Source: an uncultured Candidatus Saccharibacteria bacterium (GTDB taxonomy: Bacteria > Patescibacteriota > Saccharimonadia > Saccharimonadales > UBA10212). From it: 64,000 bases of DNA. Below are positions 1 to 9,616 of the stretch, piece after piece. Both the position numbers and the translations under genes were made by a program. The stretch spans positions 27,991 to 91,990 of the forward strand of contig OZ246413.1 of NCBI GenBank assembly GCA_965231085.1, written 5' to 3'. The notes below the pieces were generated by a model. That model was given only the letters and a program-made list of their open reading frames with translations. It did not search any database and had not been told where the DNA came from. Position 1 is the first letter of the stretch. Each line of letters begins with the position of its first letter.

Positions 1-3000
1 TTACTTGGCCAGAGCTGGTGGTGGCATTGACGTTTATGTCCCCAGCCAAGGTAGCGGCTTTAGTTCCGTCTGTGCTGGTTAAGATTGCAGCAACGCTCAG
101 GGTGGCATTTGTAACGGATTCTGGAACATTAACTGTTGAGCTTGTAGTTTGCCCACCAACCACTACTTGAGTAACGCTACCCGACAGTTCGGTAGTTGGT
201 TGCAGCAATACCTCGTGGGTTGTATCAACTGGCGGGTTGACCGTAACCGTGAAGGTGGATGTCGCAGTGTTGCCAGCCGCATCAGTTTTGGTGCAGGTGA
301 CTGTTGTAGTGCCAAGTGCAAAAGTTGAGCTGGAAGCTGGAGTACAAACCGCTGGAGCCGCACCATCTACGATGTCTGTTGCGGTCGGAGCTGTGAATGT
401 AACTGCCGTGGCGGTTGCTGAGGTAACCGTGATATTGGAATGTGCGGCAATAACTGGCGCAGTTGTATCTCGGACCGTAACCGTGAAGGTAGATGTGGCG
501 GTGTTGCCTGCAGAGTCGGTTTTAGTGCACGTTACGGTGGTTGTACCAAGCGCGAAGGTTGAGCCAGACGCTGGGGTACAGCTAGCTGCGGCCATAGCGT
601 CAAAATTGTCTGTGACGTCTGGGGAGGTGTAGGCAACTATTGCACCAGCAGCCGAAGTAGCCTCAACTGTGATGTTGGCATGTGCTGCAATTACCGGCGC
701 AGTTGCGTCTATAGTGAAGCTACCGGTGGCCGAATAGGAGCCATTGCCTATTGAGTTATGGGCATACACTTTCCACGCGTAGGTTCCGTTAGACAAGTTG
801 GAGCCTGGGGTAAAGCTGGTGCCGGCCTGATCAATGACTGTAGTTGATGAGTCAGGATTGGTTATCACTAAATGGTAACTGCTTACTGCTGGCCCCGCGC
901 TCACCGCATCCCAGGCGAAAGTTGGACGTGGGTTGTTGGTAGGGCTTGTAATTGCGTGCAGAACTGGTGCAGAAGCTGGTGCCGCGGAGAGAATTGTGCG
1001 ATTTTCATCAACATACCATGTGGCGTGCGAAGCACTGCCGTTAATAAGAGATGCGAAGTTAGGATCAGCCGAGCCCCAGTAGTTATTTGTAGCATCAAGC
1101 GTGCCTGTCCCCGCGTTAAGTATTGCCGCAGCTGTGTTGCTAATGAATTTGTTGGTATGGGCCGAAATCGTTGCACCACTGATATTTGCGGCGGGCTTAA
1201 TTGATATGCCGAGGTAAGAATTGCTGAAAGTATTACCTGTAATGCTCGCAACTGTTAAAGGATTGGTGCCATCATAGAAGCGGATGCCTGCACCCCAAGT
1301 TGGGACACTTACAGAATCTGGATTCGTAATAGCGTCAAAGATGTTGTCTCTGATATCTAGATTCGCATTGCCATTAACGAGAACTCCATAGTATTGCACT
1401 CCGTTAAAATGGTTGCCAGAAATTGTTCCGTGGATATCGCTCAAATTCAACCCCCCGCTACTAGTTATGGAAGTGAAGTAGCTATTGGTGAACGAGACAG
1501 TGCCGACTGCCGGCATATGTGATACCCAGAGCTGAATTAGGTCAGAGTTAGGTGTATCTATGCCCGTAAACAAGTTGTCATCGACAGTCAGGTTAGGATC
1601 GTCAAACCCCATGCCATCGCTCATGTTGCCGGTGAAAATATTCTTGCTTAGTGAAATCGTCGCACCAGGCGCATCACTTCGCATCGCAGCACCCATATTC
1701 TCGAACTTCAGACCTTGGAAGGTTACGTGGGCAGAGCTAGAAGTTATATTAAAAGTTGCCGTTGAGCCTGATGCTGACCCATGGATTATGGCTTCCGTAA
1801 CGCGCGTACCACCATTAGGGCTAATTGACGCGTTCGGACCTTGGAATGTGACAGACTTACTAACGGAGATTTGTGTGGAGCCTTGTTCGTATGTACCTGC
1901 TGCTATATTGACCACTCCACCCGCAGCTACGGCATCGTAACCAGCTTGGATGGTTGTGAAAGCATCCCAACCAAAGCTATGACCGTCAGCTGAACCGTCG
2001 CTGTAGGAGCCACTTATATATACAGTGCTTGGCGCGGCAGTATTTACAGTTCCCGTTCCATCTAACGCACCTGTCGATCTAACGAAGTATGTTGTGTGAG
2101 TTACTAGCCCATGAATTCGTGCATCCACCGTTGAAGCCACTGCGCTGCCCCAGTAGTTGTTGGAGGCGTTGAGTGTGCCCAGCCCTCCATTATTAACGGA
2201 GTAACTAGTGTTTGACGAAAAGATGCTGTTATGGACACTTATGTTATCTGCGGTCATGCCGGAAGGCACATTAATACCCATCGTATTGCTTGAGAATGTT
2301 GAGCCAGTAATAATTACTGTTGGCGAGCCAGTGGCACCTGCATTCTGGACATCAACCCCAATATTGTTGCTGGTGAAGGTAGTGCCAGAGCCAATGGAAA
2401 CTACAGGGTCGGTGCTCCCGGAGGCTACTGCAATTGCAATACCTGCCGAATTGTCCGTAAGCACATTATTCCCAGTTAAAGTTACATGTGTCCCGGAGTC
2501 ATCCCACACGGCGATAGCTGCGGAGGTTGAACCGTCAGATGTGGCCACGCCTCTGTTATGAGATATTTGGTTGTCTGAAACTGCAATGTGGGAGCCATAC
2601 TCTATGTCTAACCCATAATCTAGCCAGTTGCCAGCACCTTTGCCTGTGTAGATGTTGTTGCTAAATGTACCAGTACCGCCCTCGGCTAAAAGTCCGTATC
2701 GCCCCATGTTGCTGAAGGTTGAATATGTAACATCCACATTGCCCGACGTGCCTATCCTGACACCACCCCCGTTGTATGTAGGTCCGCTTTGTTCATAGGC
2801 GATGTTTGTGAAACTTACATGGTCAACAGTTCCGCTGCCGTTATAGCGGATGGCCTGGTATATCTTGTGTCCTGTGCCGTCTAAAGTAAGCTCCGAGATA
2901 TTAAAATTCACACCCGGATTTACAAGGAACCATCCTTTTGAGTCGACTGTGTTGCCTGTGTCGCTATTCGTCCTTACTGTCGTTGTACCAATTCCGGATC

Positions 3001-3280
3001 CTACAATAGTTAGGTCCTTGTCTATGACAATTTGCCCAGTCTCTGTATAAATTCCCGAGCCAACACTAATAGTCGAGCCGGGTGAGGCTGCGGCTACCGC
3101 CGCGGTTATTGAGGCTTGGTCACAGCTAGAGTCGCAGACAGTGATTGGCGTGGCATAGGTGTGTGGTGATAAAGCAAGAGAGGCTAGCGCGAAACTAGAA
3201 AAGACGCCGATTGTTAATAAAATTTTATTGAGGGTTTTGGTTGTTTGTTTTGCGGTCCGCGACAAAACTGTCCAGCGCAT
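1..3280 (-). CDS. Secreted right-handed beta-helix repeat surface protein with two HYR-like modules; C-terminal end runs off the left window edge (absent from ORF track)
   Basis: Hand translation of the minus strand from ATG (3280..3278) stays open to position 2. The N-terminus MRWTVLSRTAKQTTKTLNKILLTIGVFSSFALASLALSPHTYA looks like a signal/anchor. There are many G/N/S/T-rich beta-helix-type repeats with recurring NNYWGS. Two 78-aa units end in GTTTVTCTKTDxAGNTATSTFTVTV (HYR-like). The listed short ORFs in 163..3050 are shadows of this frame. Confidence 0.8.
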   Translation of the reverse strand, partial: MRWTVLSRTAKQTTKTLNKILLTIGVFSSFALASLALSPHTYATPITVCDSSCDQASITAAVAAASPGSTISVGSGIYTETGQIVIDKDLTIVGSGIGTTTVRTNSDTGNTVDSKGWFLVNPGVNFNISELTLDGTGHKIYQAIRYNGSGTVDHVSFTNIAYEQSGPTYNGGGVRIGTSGNVDVTYSTFSNMGRYGLLAEGGTGTFSNNIYTGKGAGNWLDYGLDIEYGSHIAVSDNQISHNRGVATSDGSTSAAIAVWDDSGTHVTLTGNNVLTDNSAGIAIAVASGSTDPVVSIGSGTTFTSNNIGVDVQNAGATGSPTVIITGSTFSSNTMGINVPSGMTADNISVHNSIFSSNTSYSVNNGGLGTLNASNNYWGSAVASTVDARIHGLVTHTTYFVRSTGALDGTGTVNTAAPSTVYISGSYSDGSADGHSFGWDAFTTIQAGYDAVAAGGVVNIAAGTYEQGSTQISVSKSVTFQGPNASISPNGGTRVTEAIIHGSASGSTATFNITSSSAHVTFQGLKFENMGAAMRSDAPGATISLSKNIFTGNMSDGMGFDDPNLTVDDNLFTGIDTPNSDLIQLWVSHMPAVGTVSFTNSYFTSITSSGGLNLSDIHGTISGNHFNGVQYYGVLVNGNANLDIRDNIFDAITNPDSVSVPTWGAGIRFYDGTNPLTVASITGNTFSNSYLGISIKPAANISGATISAHTNKFISNTAAAILNAGTGTLDATNNYWGSADPNFASLINGSASHATWYVDENRTILSAAPASAPVLHAITSPTNNPRPTFAWDAVSAGPAVSSYHLVITNPDSSTTVIDQAGTSFTPGSNLSNGTYAWKVYAHNSIGNGSYSATGSFTIDATAPVIAAHANITVEATSAAGAIVAYTSPDVTDNFDAMAAASCTPASGSTFALGTTTVTCTKTDSAGNTATSTFTVTVRDTTAPVIAAHSNITVTSATATAVTFTAPTATDIVDGAAPAVCTPASSSTFALGTTTVTCTKTDAAGNTATSTFTVTVNPPVDTTHEVLLQPTTELSGSVTQVVVGGQTTSSTVNVPESVTNATLSVAAILTSTDGTKAATLAGDINVNATTSSGQV
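239..706 (-). repeat. Tandem 234-bp coding repeat (2 units) corresponding to the two HYR-like modules
   Basis: GACCGTAACCGTGAAGGT recurs at 239 and 473. The antisense ORF 237..632 shows the duplicated peptide TVTVKVDVAVLPAxSVLVxVTVVVPSAKVE. Confidence 0.85.
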
Positions 3281-3385
3281 ACCAACTCCTCCCCGCACCC
3301 TACCTCGTTACATCTTCATTATACTCCTTATATATGAGTGTCAAACAGATACTTGTAATCAACAACATCTGATAAAATCAGGATA

Positions 3386-3706
3386 ATGAGCCACAAAGAA
3401 GTGGAAGAATATATATTGAGTATGCCTGGCGCCAAGCTAGATTACCCGTTTGGCGACGGAGTTGCTGTTTATAAAACAGGCGACAAGATGTTTGCATTAA
3501 TTCAGGAAAAAAGCGACCCTCTGCAGCTCAGCCTAAAGTGTGACCCATTACTGGCCCAAACCTTAAGGGAAAAATACGAGACAGTGTTACCTGGTTATCA
3601 TTTGAACAAAAAGCATTGGAACACAATCCTGCTAACTGGGCAGTTGCCCTGGGATGAAGTGCAGGGCTTGATCCGTCATTCCTACGAGCTCGTTAAAGCC
3701 CAGTAG
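3386..3706 (+). CDS. MmcQ/YjbR family DNA-binding protein
   Basis: 106 aa. DYPFGDGVAVYKTGDKMFALI, LSLKCDP and PGYHLNKKHWNT match the family pattern as I recall it. Confidence 0.7.
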   Translation: MSHKEVEEYILSMPGAKLDYPFGDGVAVYKTGDKMFALIQEKSDPLQLSLKCDPLLAQTLREKYETVLPGYHLNKKHWNTILLTGQLPWDEVQGLIRHSYELVKAQ

Positions 3707-4289
3707 ACAGTGTTTGGGCGCTTTGATAAATACCGGATAAGACCGGTTTAGCCTTAGAGCTAGCCGAGTCGTAGGTAGTTTGAATGCCTGTCTGATACGT
3801 GGCAAGCGCATCTTTTAGATATGACTTATAGTAACTTGCAAGTGTGTTGTTTTGGTCGGCGGAAGTTACCTCAGTGTCGGTAGTCGTCTTTTTATAAGTT
3901 GCAAGAGTTGCGGGGCTAATCTTGCCCGCGCCATTTTTTGTTAAATAGCTCTGAATTTGAGCAACAGCGCTCTTCATTGTTGTTTCGCTAGTTAGGGCTA
4001 AAGACTTTACGGTCGGGTCATCGGAGGCTTGATTAACTAGCTCGCTCACTCTAGATATCTCTTGGGCCCGGGCTGCAATACCAGCGAATCCGCTTGTTTT
4101 ATCTCCACCCCCAGTAAGTAGAGAGTAGATGATTATTATTAAGAATAGGCCGACTACAGCAACAACCGAAATAGCCAGGGGCTTAGGCATAGGGGGCAGG
4201 GGCAGCCTAAACCGGCGTTTTGGTTTTGGGCTATCCTGCAATATAAAGTTATAGTTTGGAACTTGCGGCTGGCTATTCTGGGGAGGCAT
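3693..4289 (-). CDS. Membrane-anchored hypothetical protein (Pro-rich N-terminus, one TM helix)
   Basis: 198-aa ORF with TM segment LAISVVAVVGLFLIIIIYSLL. No recognisable domain. Confidence 0.5.
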   Translation of the reverse strand: MPPQNSQPQVPNYNFILQDSPKPKRRFRLPLPPMPKPLAISVVAVVGLFLIIIIYSLLTGGGDKTSGFAGIAARAQEISRVSELVNQASDDPTVKSLALTSETTMKSAVAQIQSYLTKNGAGKISPATLATYKKTTTDTEVTSADQNNTLASYYKSYLKDALATYQTGIQTTYDSASSKAKPVLSGIYQSAQTLSTGL

Positions 4290-4361
4290 GAGTTAATTCT
4301 AGCAGCAAACTATAAAACGCTTAAGCTGTAAGCTAGGAGTCATTCGCTATATACTGATGAT

Positions 4362-6119
4362 ATGGATGCGGTTACAGAGGTAAGAAGCAGGCTAAATATT
4401 GAGGACGTAATAGGTGAGTACGTCCAGTTAAAGCGTACCGGCCGTAACTTTAAAGGCTTAAGCCCGTGGACCAACGAAAAAACGGCCAGCTTTGTTGTTA
4501 GCCCAGAAAAGCAGATCTGGCACGACTTTTCTAGCGGCAAGGGCGGTGACGTTTTTAGCTTTGTTATGGAGGTTGAGGGCCTAGATTTTAAAGGTGCTCT
4601 CGAACAACTAGCTCGTAAGGCTGGGGTTGACCTGGAGCAGTTTAGAAAACCCGGCCAAAGTTCATCAGGAGCGAGCGCTAATCTAAAAAAACGAGCTCTA
4701 GAAGCCCTAGAACTAGCTGCTAAGTTCTACCAAAAACAGCTAACCGTTAATAAGTCAGCCCTTGAATATCTTATAAACAAACGCAAACTAGAAAAGCAAA
4801 CAATACTTACCTGGCAGCTTGGCTATTCACCTAATAAGGGTGATGCCCTAGCCGAGTTCTTGACTAAAAAGGGCTTTACGACAGACGAGATGAAGCGAGC
4901 TGGGTTGGTTGTCCCGTGGAGCGGCGGCTTTCGAGATATGTTCCGTGGCCGGATTATGATCCCGCTATGTGACGCCTCGGGCCAAGTTGTTGGCTTTACG
5001 GCAAGACTATTGGCCGACGAACCTAACGCGCCAAAGTATATTAATACTCCACAGACCATTGTTTATGATAAAAGCCGCCAAGTGTTTGGACTACATCTTG
5101 CCAAAGAAGCGATTAGAAAAAGTACAGTCGTTGTCGTGGTGGAGGGCAACATGGACGTAATAGCCAGCTGGCAGGCCGGTATTAAAAATGTCGTAGCCAG
5201 CGCTGGCACAGCCATGACCGAACAGCACCTAAGAATTCTTAAACGCTTTACTAGCGATATCCGTCTTAGTTTTGATGCCGACAGAGCCGGGCTCGCGGCT
5301 ACGGAGCGCATAATCCCACTAGCCCAAAAAATAGAACTGAACCTAAAAATTATTACTATTAATGACGCCAAGGACCCCGATGAGCTGATCCAAAAAGATC
5401 CAAAGGCATGGCAAAAAGCCATCGATTCAGCTGTTTACGCACCCGACTGGCTGATTGAGCAGTATAAAAGCCAACTCGATTTATCAACTGCGGCTGGCAA
5501 GAGAGCTTTTAGCGACGTAATAATCGCTGTGCTTAGGAGGCTGCAGGACCAAGTCGAACAAGAACACTATTTAAAGAAAATAGCCGAATTAACAGATACG
5601 ACATTCGATGCCATGAAGGCGAAGTTTACTAACCAGCCCAGCGTTAGCGCGGTTTTACGTAAACCAAAAGTTCAGCAAGCCGATATAGACCAGAATCAAG
5701 TTGAATATCAACGGCTGCAAGACCACTTTTTATCGATGATGCTGATGCAGCCAAAGGCACGCAAATTGTTAGAGGGCTGCAAGGAGGAATTCTTTACAGA
5801 TGGCCCAACTAGGGACCTACTAAAATTCCTCAAAGATAACCCCAAATTTGATGGTTCGGCAGGGCAGGCTAACAGATTGCAGTCCATAGGGGATTATGTT
5901 AAAATTATAACGTTACAGTTTGAGGAATTATATTCGGCGCTTAGCCTTAGCGATCTAGAAGATCAGGCCGCCCAACTCAAACGCCGGTTGATAGACCGAT
6001 ACGTTAAAATCGAAAACCGCAAACTAGCAGAAGAAATGAAGTCCGCAAAAACAGAAAGTGAGATCAAAAGCCTGGCTCGTAGGGCTGATGATCTTAATAA
6101 GCTACAAATTTATAAATAA
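4362..6119 (+). CDS. dnaG: DNA primase DnaG (zinc-ribbon ligands degenerate)
   Basis: 585 aa. N-terminal NEKTASF primase motif and a TOPRIM region VVVEGNMDVI..DADRAG. Located directly upstream of rpoD, as in the classical operon. Confidence 0.93.
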   Translation: MDAVTEVRSRLNIEDVIGEYVQLKRTGRNFKGLSPWTNEKTASFVVSPEKQIWHDFSSGKGGDVFSFVMEVEGLDFKGALEQLARKAGVDLEQFRKPGQSSSGASANLKKRALEALELAAKFYQKQLTVNKSALEYLINKRKLEKQTILTWQLGYSPNKGDALAEFLTKKGFTTDEMKRAGLVVPWSGGFRDMFRGRIMIPLCDASGQVVGFTARLLADEPNAPKYINTPQTIVYDKSRQVFGLHLAKEAIRKSTVVVVVEGNMDVIASWQAGIKNVVASAGTAMTEQHLRILKRFTSDIRLSFDADRAGLAATERIIPLAQKIELNLKIITINDAKDPDELIQKDPKAWQKAIDSAVYAPDWLIEQYKSQLDLSTAAGKRAFSDVIIAVLRRLQDQVEQEHYLKKIAELTDTTFDAMKAKFTNQPSVSAVLRKPKVQQADIDQNQVEYQRLQDHFLSMMLMQPKARKLLEGCKEEFFTDGPTRDLLKFLKDNPKFDGSAGQANRLQSIGDYVKIITLQFEELYSALSLSDLEDQAAQLKRRLIDRYVKIENRKLAEEMKSAKTESEIKSLARRADDLNKLQIYK

Positions 6120-6158
6120 TCCGGCGTGGGAACAATCCGGCCGCCAGCGAAAGGTAAT

Positions 6159-7391
6159 ATGCCAAAGAAATCACTTAAAAAAGTTGAAATTAAGAAGCCT
6201 GCCAAGACACCGGTTAAATCGGTAAAAGAACCAAAGGCAGCTAAGACGTCAAAGGTTGAAAAAGACCAAAAAGCAGCTAAGGGAGCAAAGCGGACTACTA
6301 AAACTTTTGATAAGGAAATCACCCAGCTAATCGAGCAAGGTCGCAAAGATGGCAAGCTTGACCAGCGTGATATTTATTCGGCGATTCCTGATGTGCCAGC
6401 AAATATCGATGTTCTAGATAGGGTTTATGCTGAGCTAACTGAGAATGATATCGAGCTTGTGCCACTAGCCGAACCAAGCGTTGTTGAATTATCTGACGAA
6501 TGGGCGGCCGAAGACGAGGAAGAAGAAATTATCATCGAGGATAACTCTTATATTGACGATATCGCCGACGACTCCGTACGGCTTTACCTTAGAGAGATTG
6601 GTAAAATCCCCCTATTAACAGCCGAAGAAGAACTAGCTCTAGCCAAAAAAGTTGTATCGGGCGATAAGCGAGCCAAGGATGCTATGGCCGAGGCTAACAT
6701 GCGCCTTGTGGTGTCGATTGCTAAGCGCTACGTCGGCCGCGGCTTAGACTTACTAGACCTAATCCAAGAAGGCAACACTGGTTTGCTACGAGCAGTAGAA
6801 AAATTTGATCCGGATCGTGGATTTAAGTTTAGTACTTATGCCACTTGGTGGATCCGCCAGGCCATTACCCGTGCGATTGCCGACCAAGCCCGCACAATCC
6901 GTATCCCGGTACACATGGTTGAAACCATCAACAAACTACTTAGAACGCAGCGCCGCTTAACCCAAGAGTTAAATCGTGAACCAACCAATGATGAAATCGC
7001 AGCCGCCATGGAAATGGATGTCGATAAGGTAGAGCATATCATGAAAATCAAGCAGGATATTTCTAGTCTTGATGCCTCAGTTCGAGACGACGAAGAAGAT
7101 TCTGTACTAGGTGATTTTATCGAAGACGAAGACCAAAAAACTCCAAGCGAGTCTGCATCCGAACAGCTCTTAAAGGAGCAAGTTAAGCAAATACTGGGGA
7201 CTCTAACCGAGCGTGAACAAAAAATTCTGAAACTGCGCTTTGGTCTAGAAGATGGTAAAAGTCACACCCTGGAAGAAGTCGGCCAAGAATTTAGCGTTAC
7301 TCGCGAACGTATAAGGCAAATCGAAGCTAAGGCTCTAGCCAAGCTGCGTAAGAATAAAGAGACCAAGAGACTCCACGAATATCTACAGTAA
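6159..7391 (+). CDS. rpoD: Primary RNA polymerase sigma-70 factor with Lys-rich N-terminal tail
   Basis: [54 protein letters not shown] plus region 4.2 [27 protein letters not shown] at 6159 follows GAAAGG; the track start at 6126 is GTG. Confidence 0.93.
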   Translation: MPKKSLKKVEIKKPAKTPVKSVKEPKAAKTSKVEKDQKAAKGAKRTTKTFDKEITQLIEQGRKDGKLDQRDIYSAIPDVPANIDVLDRVYAELTENDIELVPLAEPSVVELSDEWAAEDEEEEIIIEDNSYIDDIADDSVRLYLREIGKIPLLTAEEELALAKKVVSGDKRAKDAMAEANMRLVVSIAKRYVGRGLDLLDLIQEGNTGLLRAVEKFDPDRGFKFSTYATWWIRQAITRAIADQARTIRIPVHMVETINKLLRTQRRLTQELNREPTNDEIAAAMEMDVDKVEHIMKIKQDISSLDASVRDDEEDSVLGDFIEDEDQKTPSESASEQLLKEQVKQILGTLTEREQKILKLRFGLEDGKSHTLEEVGQEFSVTRERIRQIEAKALAKLRKNKETKRLHEYLQ

Positions 7392-8380
7392 TGGAAGCAT
7401 CATCAGTCACACATCACGAGATTGATGGGGGGCCAGTTTTTGATGATGCCGAACTGTTAGATTTTGACGGAGATGAGCTAGAATTAGCCGCTGCTGATAT
7501 TTCAGCCGAGGACGATGATTTAGAGGACCTTGATCTAGAATTCGACGAAGATGATAGTGAGCTTGATGCCTTAACACTGTTTATTCGTGAGGTCAGAAAA
7601 CGTAAACTTCTAAATGCTGACCAAGAAGTTGCGCTAGCCAAAAGAATCGAGCGCGGAGACATGGCGGCTAAACACGAAATGATTGAGCGTAATTTAAGAC
7701 TAGTTATTTCGATTGCTAAAAATTACCGTAATCAAGGGGTGCCATTCTTAGATCTAATTCAAGAGGGTTCTATTGGTCTGAATCGTGCAGTCGAAAAGTT
7801 CGATTGGCGCAGGGGATATAAGTTTAGCACCTATGCCACCTGGTGGATTAGGCAAGCTGTTCAGAGAGCGGTTGTATACAAGAAAGTGGAAGGTTTAGCT
7901 TTGCCTCTCCACGTTGTTGAAAGAATTTATAAAATCAATACTTTTAAGGGTAGATTCGAATCAGAAAAAGGTCGCGAACCAACCCTGCAAGAAATAATTG
8001 ACGCTACCAAAATGCACCTACGTCATGTCAAGGAAGCACTCGATGCTGCAGCAATAAAAGATATGACTTCACTCCAAGCCGAAATTGGTGATGGCGACGG
8101 TGACCTATTAGATATAGTATCTGACCAAAAAGAATCGTCGGTTGAAGACCAGGTAATAGAAGAGTTGCAGGAGAGTGCAGTACTTGCTCTACTTGATAGG
8201 CTGTCGCCAGTCGACAGAAGATTAGTAGCTGGCTTTTATGGCTTAGATGGGCAGCGCAGGTCATATGCTGAACTAGCCCTAGAGTTGGGGCTTAGTCGTG
8301 AAAAGGCGCGGCTAAATTGCAACAGAGCCATAGAAAGGCTCGGTATGCTTGCTGCTGCCGAGGGCCTGGAGGATATATAA
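7391..8380 (+). CDS. Sigma-70 family paralog 2 (acidic N-terminus, diverged regions 3.0 and 4.2)
   Basis: [41 protein letters not shown]. Its start overlaps the rpoD stop (TAATG). Confidence 0.85.
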   Translation: MEASSVTHHEIDGGPVFDDAELLDFDGDELELAAADISAEDDDLEDLDLEFDEDDSELDALTLFIREVRKRKLLNADQEVALAKRIERGDMAAKHEMIERNLRLVISIAKNYRNQGVPFLDLIQEGSIGLNRAVEKFDWRRGYKFSTYATWWIRQAVQRAVVYKKVEGLALPLHVVERIYKINTFKGRFESEKGREPTLQEIIDATKMHLRHVKEALDAAAIKDMTSLQAEIGDGDGDLLDIVSDQKESSVEDQVIEELQESAVLALLDRLSPVDRRLVAGFYGLDGQRRSYAELALELGLSREKARLNCNRAIERLGMLAAAEGLEDI

Positions 8381-8381
8381 A

Positions 8382-9593
8382 ATGACTCAGGAAGGGCTAA
8401 GGTTTGGCGACCTGGACCAAGCAGAAGCAGAACTGCCGGTGGCAGTGAGCGATGAGCTTGACGACGGGGGTGATCTAAAAGATACCTTTTTACTATATGT
8501 AGATCAGGCTGGCAAAACGCCCCTACTAACCGCTTTTGAAGAGTACAGTCTAACTCGCAGAGCCCAAGCTGGCGATCTCGATGCTAAAAGGCGAATAATT
8601 GAAGCCAATCTGAGGCTGGTGCTTAGCATTGTTCGCCCATACCGCAACCAAACGCGCGTACCACTTTTGGATTTAGTGCAAGAGGGCAACATTGGATTAA
8701 TGCGTGCTGTAGAAAAATTTGACCCAGCTCGTGAAACCAAATTTAGCACCTATGCCACTTGGTGGATTTGGCAAGCGGTTAATAAGGCCCTCGAAGAAAA
8801 AGGCCCAGGCATAAGGGTGCCTCATCACATGGCCGAGAGGTTAAAAATTCTCCGGAAGGCCCAGGCAAATCTTGAGAGCGAATATGGGCGTGAAGCAACA
8901 GAGGAGGAGCTGTTAGCTAGAACTGGGTTTACCAGGCAGATTATGGCCAAGGTCATTAAGGCCAGTGTTGTGCATGCTGATCCTGATTCTTTTGATAGAG
9001 TTGTTGACACGCAAGATGGCGAGGGCAGCACCTTGGGTGAGATAACTCCGGACGACGTAGATGGCCCTGAGGAGTTAGTGCTCGATTTAATTACAAAATC
9101 TGAGCTTATGGCGATAATCAGCAGTCTAGATAAAAGAAAGGCCGAAGTCGTAATTGAACTTTTTGGTCTGGAAGATGGTGTTCCAAAGACCTTAGACGCC
9201 GTTGGGCAAATGCTTGGTATTACAAGGGAAAGGGTAAGACAAATTCGTGTACAAGCTCTTAAAGAAATCAAAATAGCCTATGAGTCGGTGAAAGTCCCTG
9301 CCAGCAAGCCACAGCGGCAACCTATCCCAGAAGCTACACCAGAAATTCGACAACCTATTGATAACACAAGCCTAGTCAGCAGGCTAACCACATTTATTAG
9401 ATTTAACCCCGATAGCCTCAATTCGCTGAACTTTATTGAAGCTTCGTTGGTTAGAGAATGTTTAGGTCTTTATGGAAGTGGTGAACCCCTAACTTTAAGC
9501 CAGATAGCCCAGAGGCGCAGTATCCAGGTTGAGGACGTAGAAAGTTACTTGGCAGTGGTGCTGCAAAAACTTGAGAGAGTAGCAGCAGCCTAG
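8382..9593 (+). CDS. Sigma-70 family paralog 3 with about 110-aa C-terminal extension containing a second region-4-like HTH
   Basis: [37 protein letters not shown] and region 4.2 LDAVGQMLGITRERVRQIRVQAL. ATG at 8382 lies 1 nt after the upstream stop; the track start at 8349 is TTG. Confidence 0.85.
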   Translation: MTQEGLRFGDLDQAEAELPVAVSDELDDGGDLKDTFLLYVDQAGKTPLLTAFEEYSLTRRAQAGDLDAKRRIIEANLRLVLSIVRPYRNQTRVPLLDLVQEGNIGLMRAVEKFDPARETKFSTYATWWIWQAVNKALEEKGPGIRVPHHMAERLKILRKAQANLESEYGREATEEELLARTGFTRQIMAKVIKASVVHADPDSFDRVVDTQDGEGSTLGEITPDDVDGPEELVLDLITKSELMAIISSLDKRKAEVVIELFGLEDGVPKTLDAVGQMLGITRERVRQIRVQALKEIKIAYESVKVPASKPQRQPIPEATPEIRQPIDNTSLVSRLTTFIRFNPDSLNSLNFIEASLVRECLGLYGSGEPLTLSQIAQRRSIQVEDVESYLAVVLQKLERVAAA

Positions 9594-9616
9594 CAAGTTA
9601 CGCTAGACTAAGATTG

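Noticed and set aside
1-3. TTA at positions 1..3 as the stop codon (TAA) of the minus-strand beta-helix gene.
   Set aside because: It is out of frame. The ORF from ATG 3280 uses codons at 2-4, 5-7 and so on, and continues past the window edge.
239-706. Tandem repeats considered as a possible CRISPR array or noncoding satellite. I also scanned the whole window for short direct repeats with spacers.
   Set aside because: The 234-bp repeat is in frame and encodes HYR-like modules. No array of 25-40-bp repeats with unique spacers was seen anywhere.
163-3050. Short ORFs listed in the first 3 kb (163..366, 237..632, 872..1204, 901..1251, 1560..1940, 2208..2561, 2850..3050), and similar antisense ORFs inside pnp, polA, pilB, ftsK and others.
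   Set aside because: They are shadows inside, or antisense to, long conserved genes. In the first 3 kb the real gene is the untracked minus-strand ORF 1..3280.
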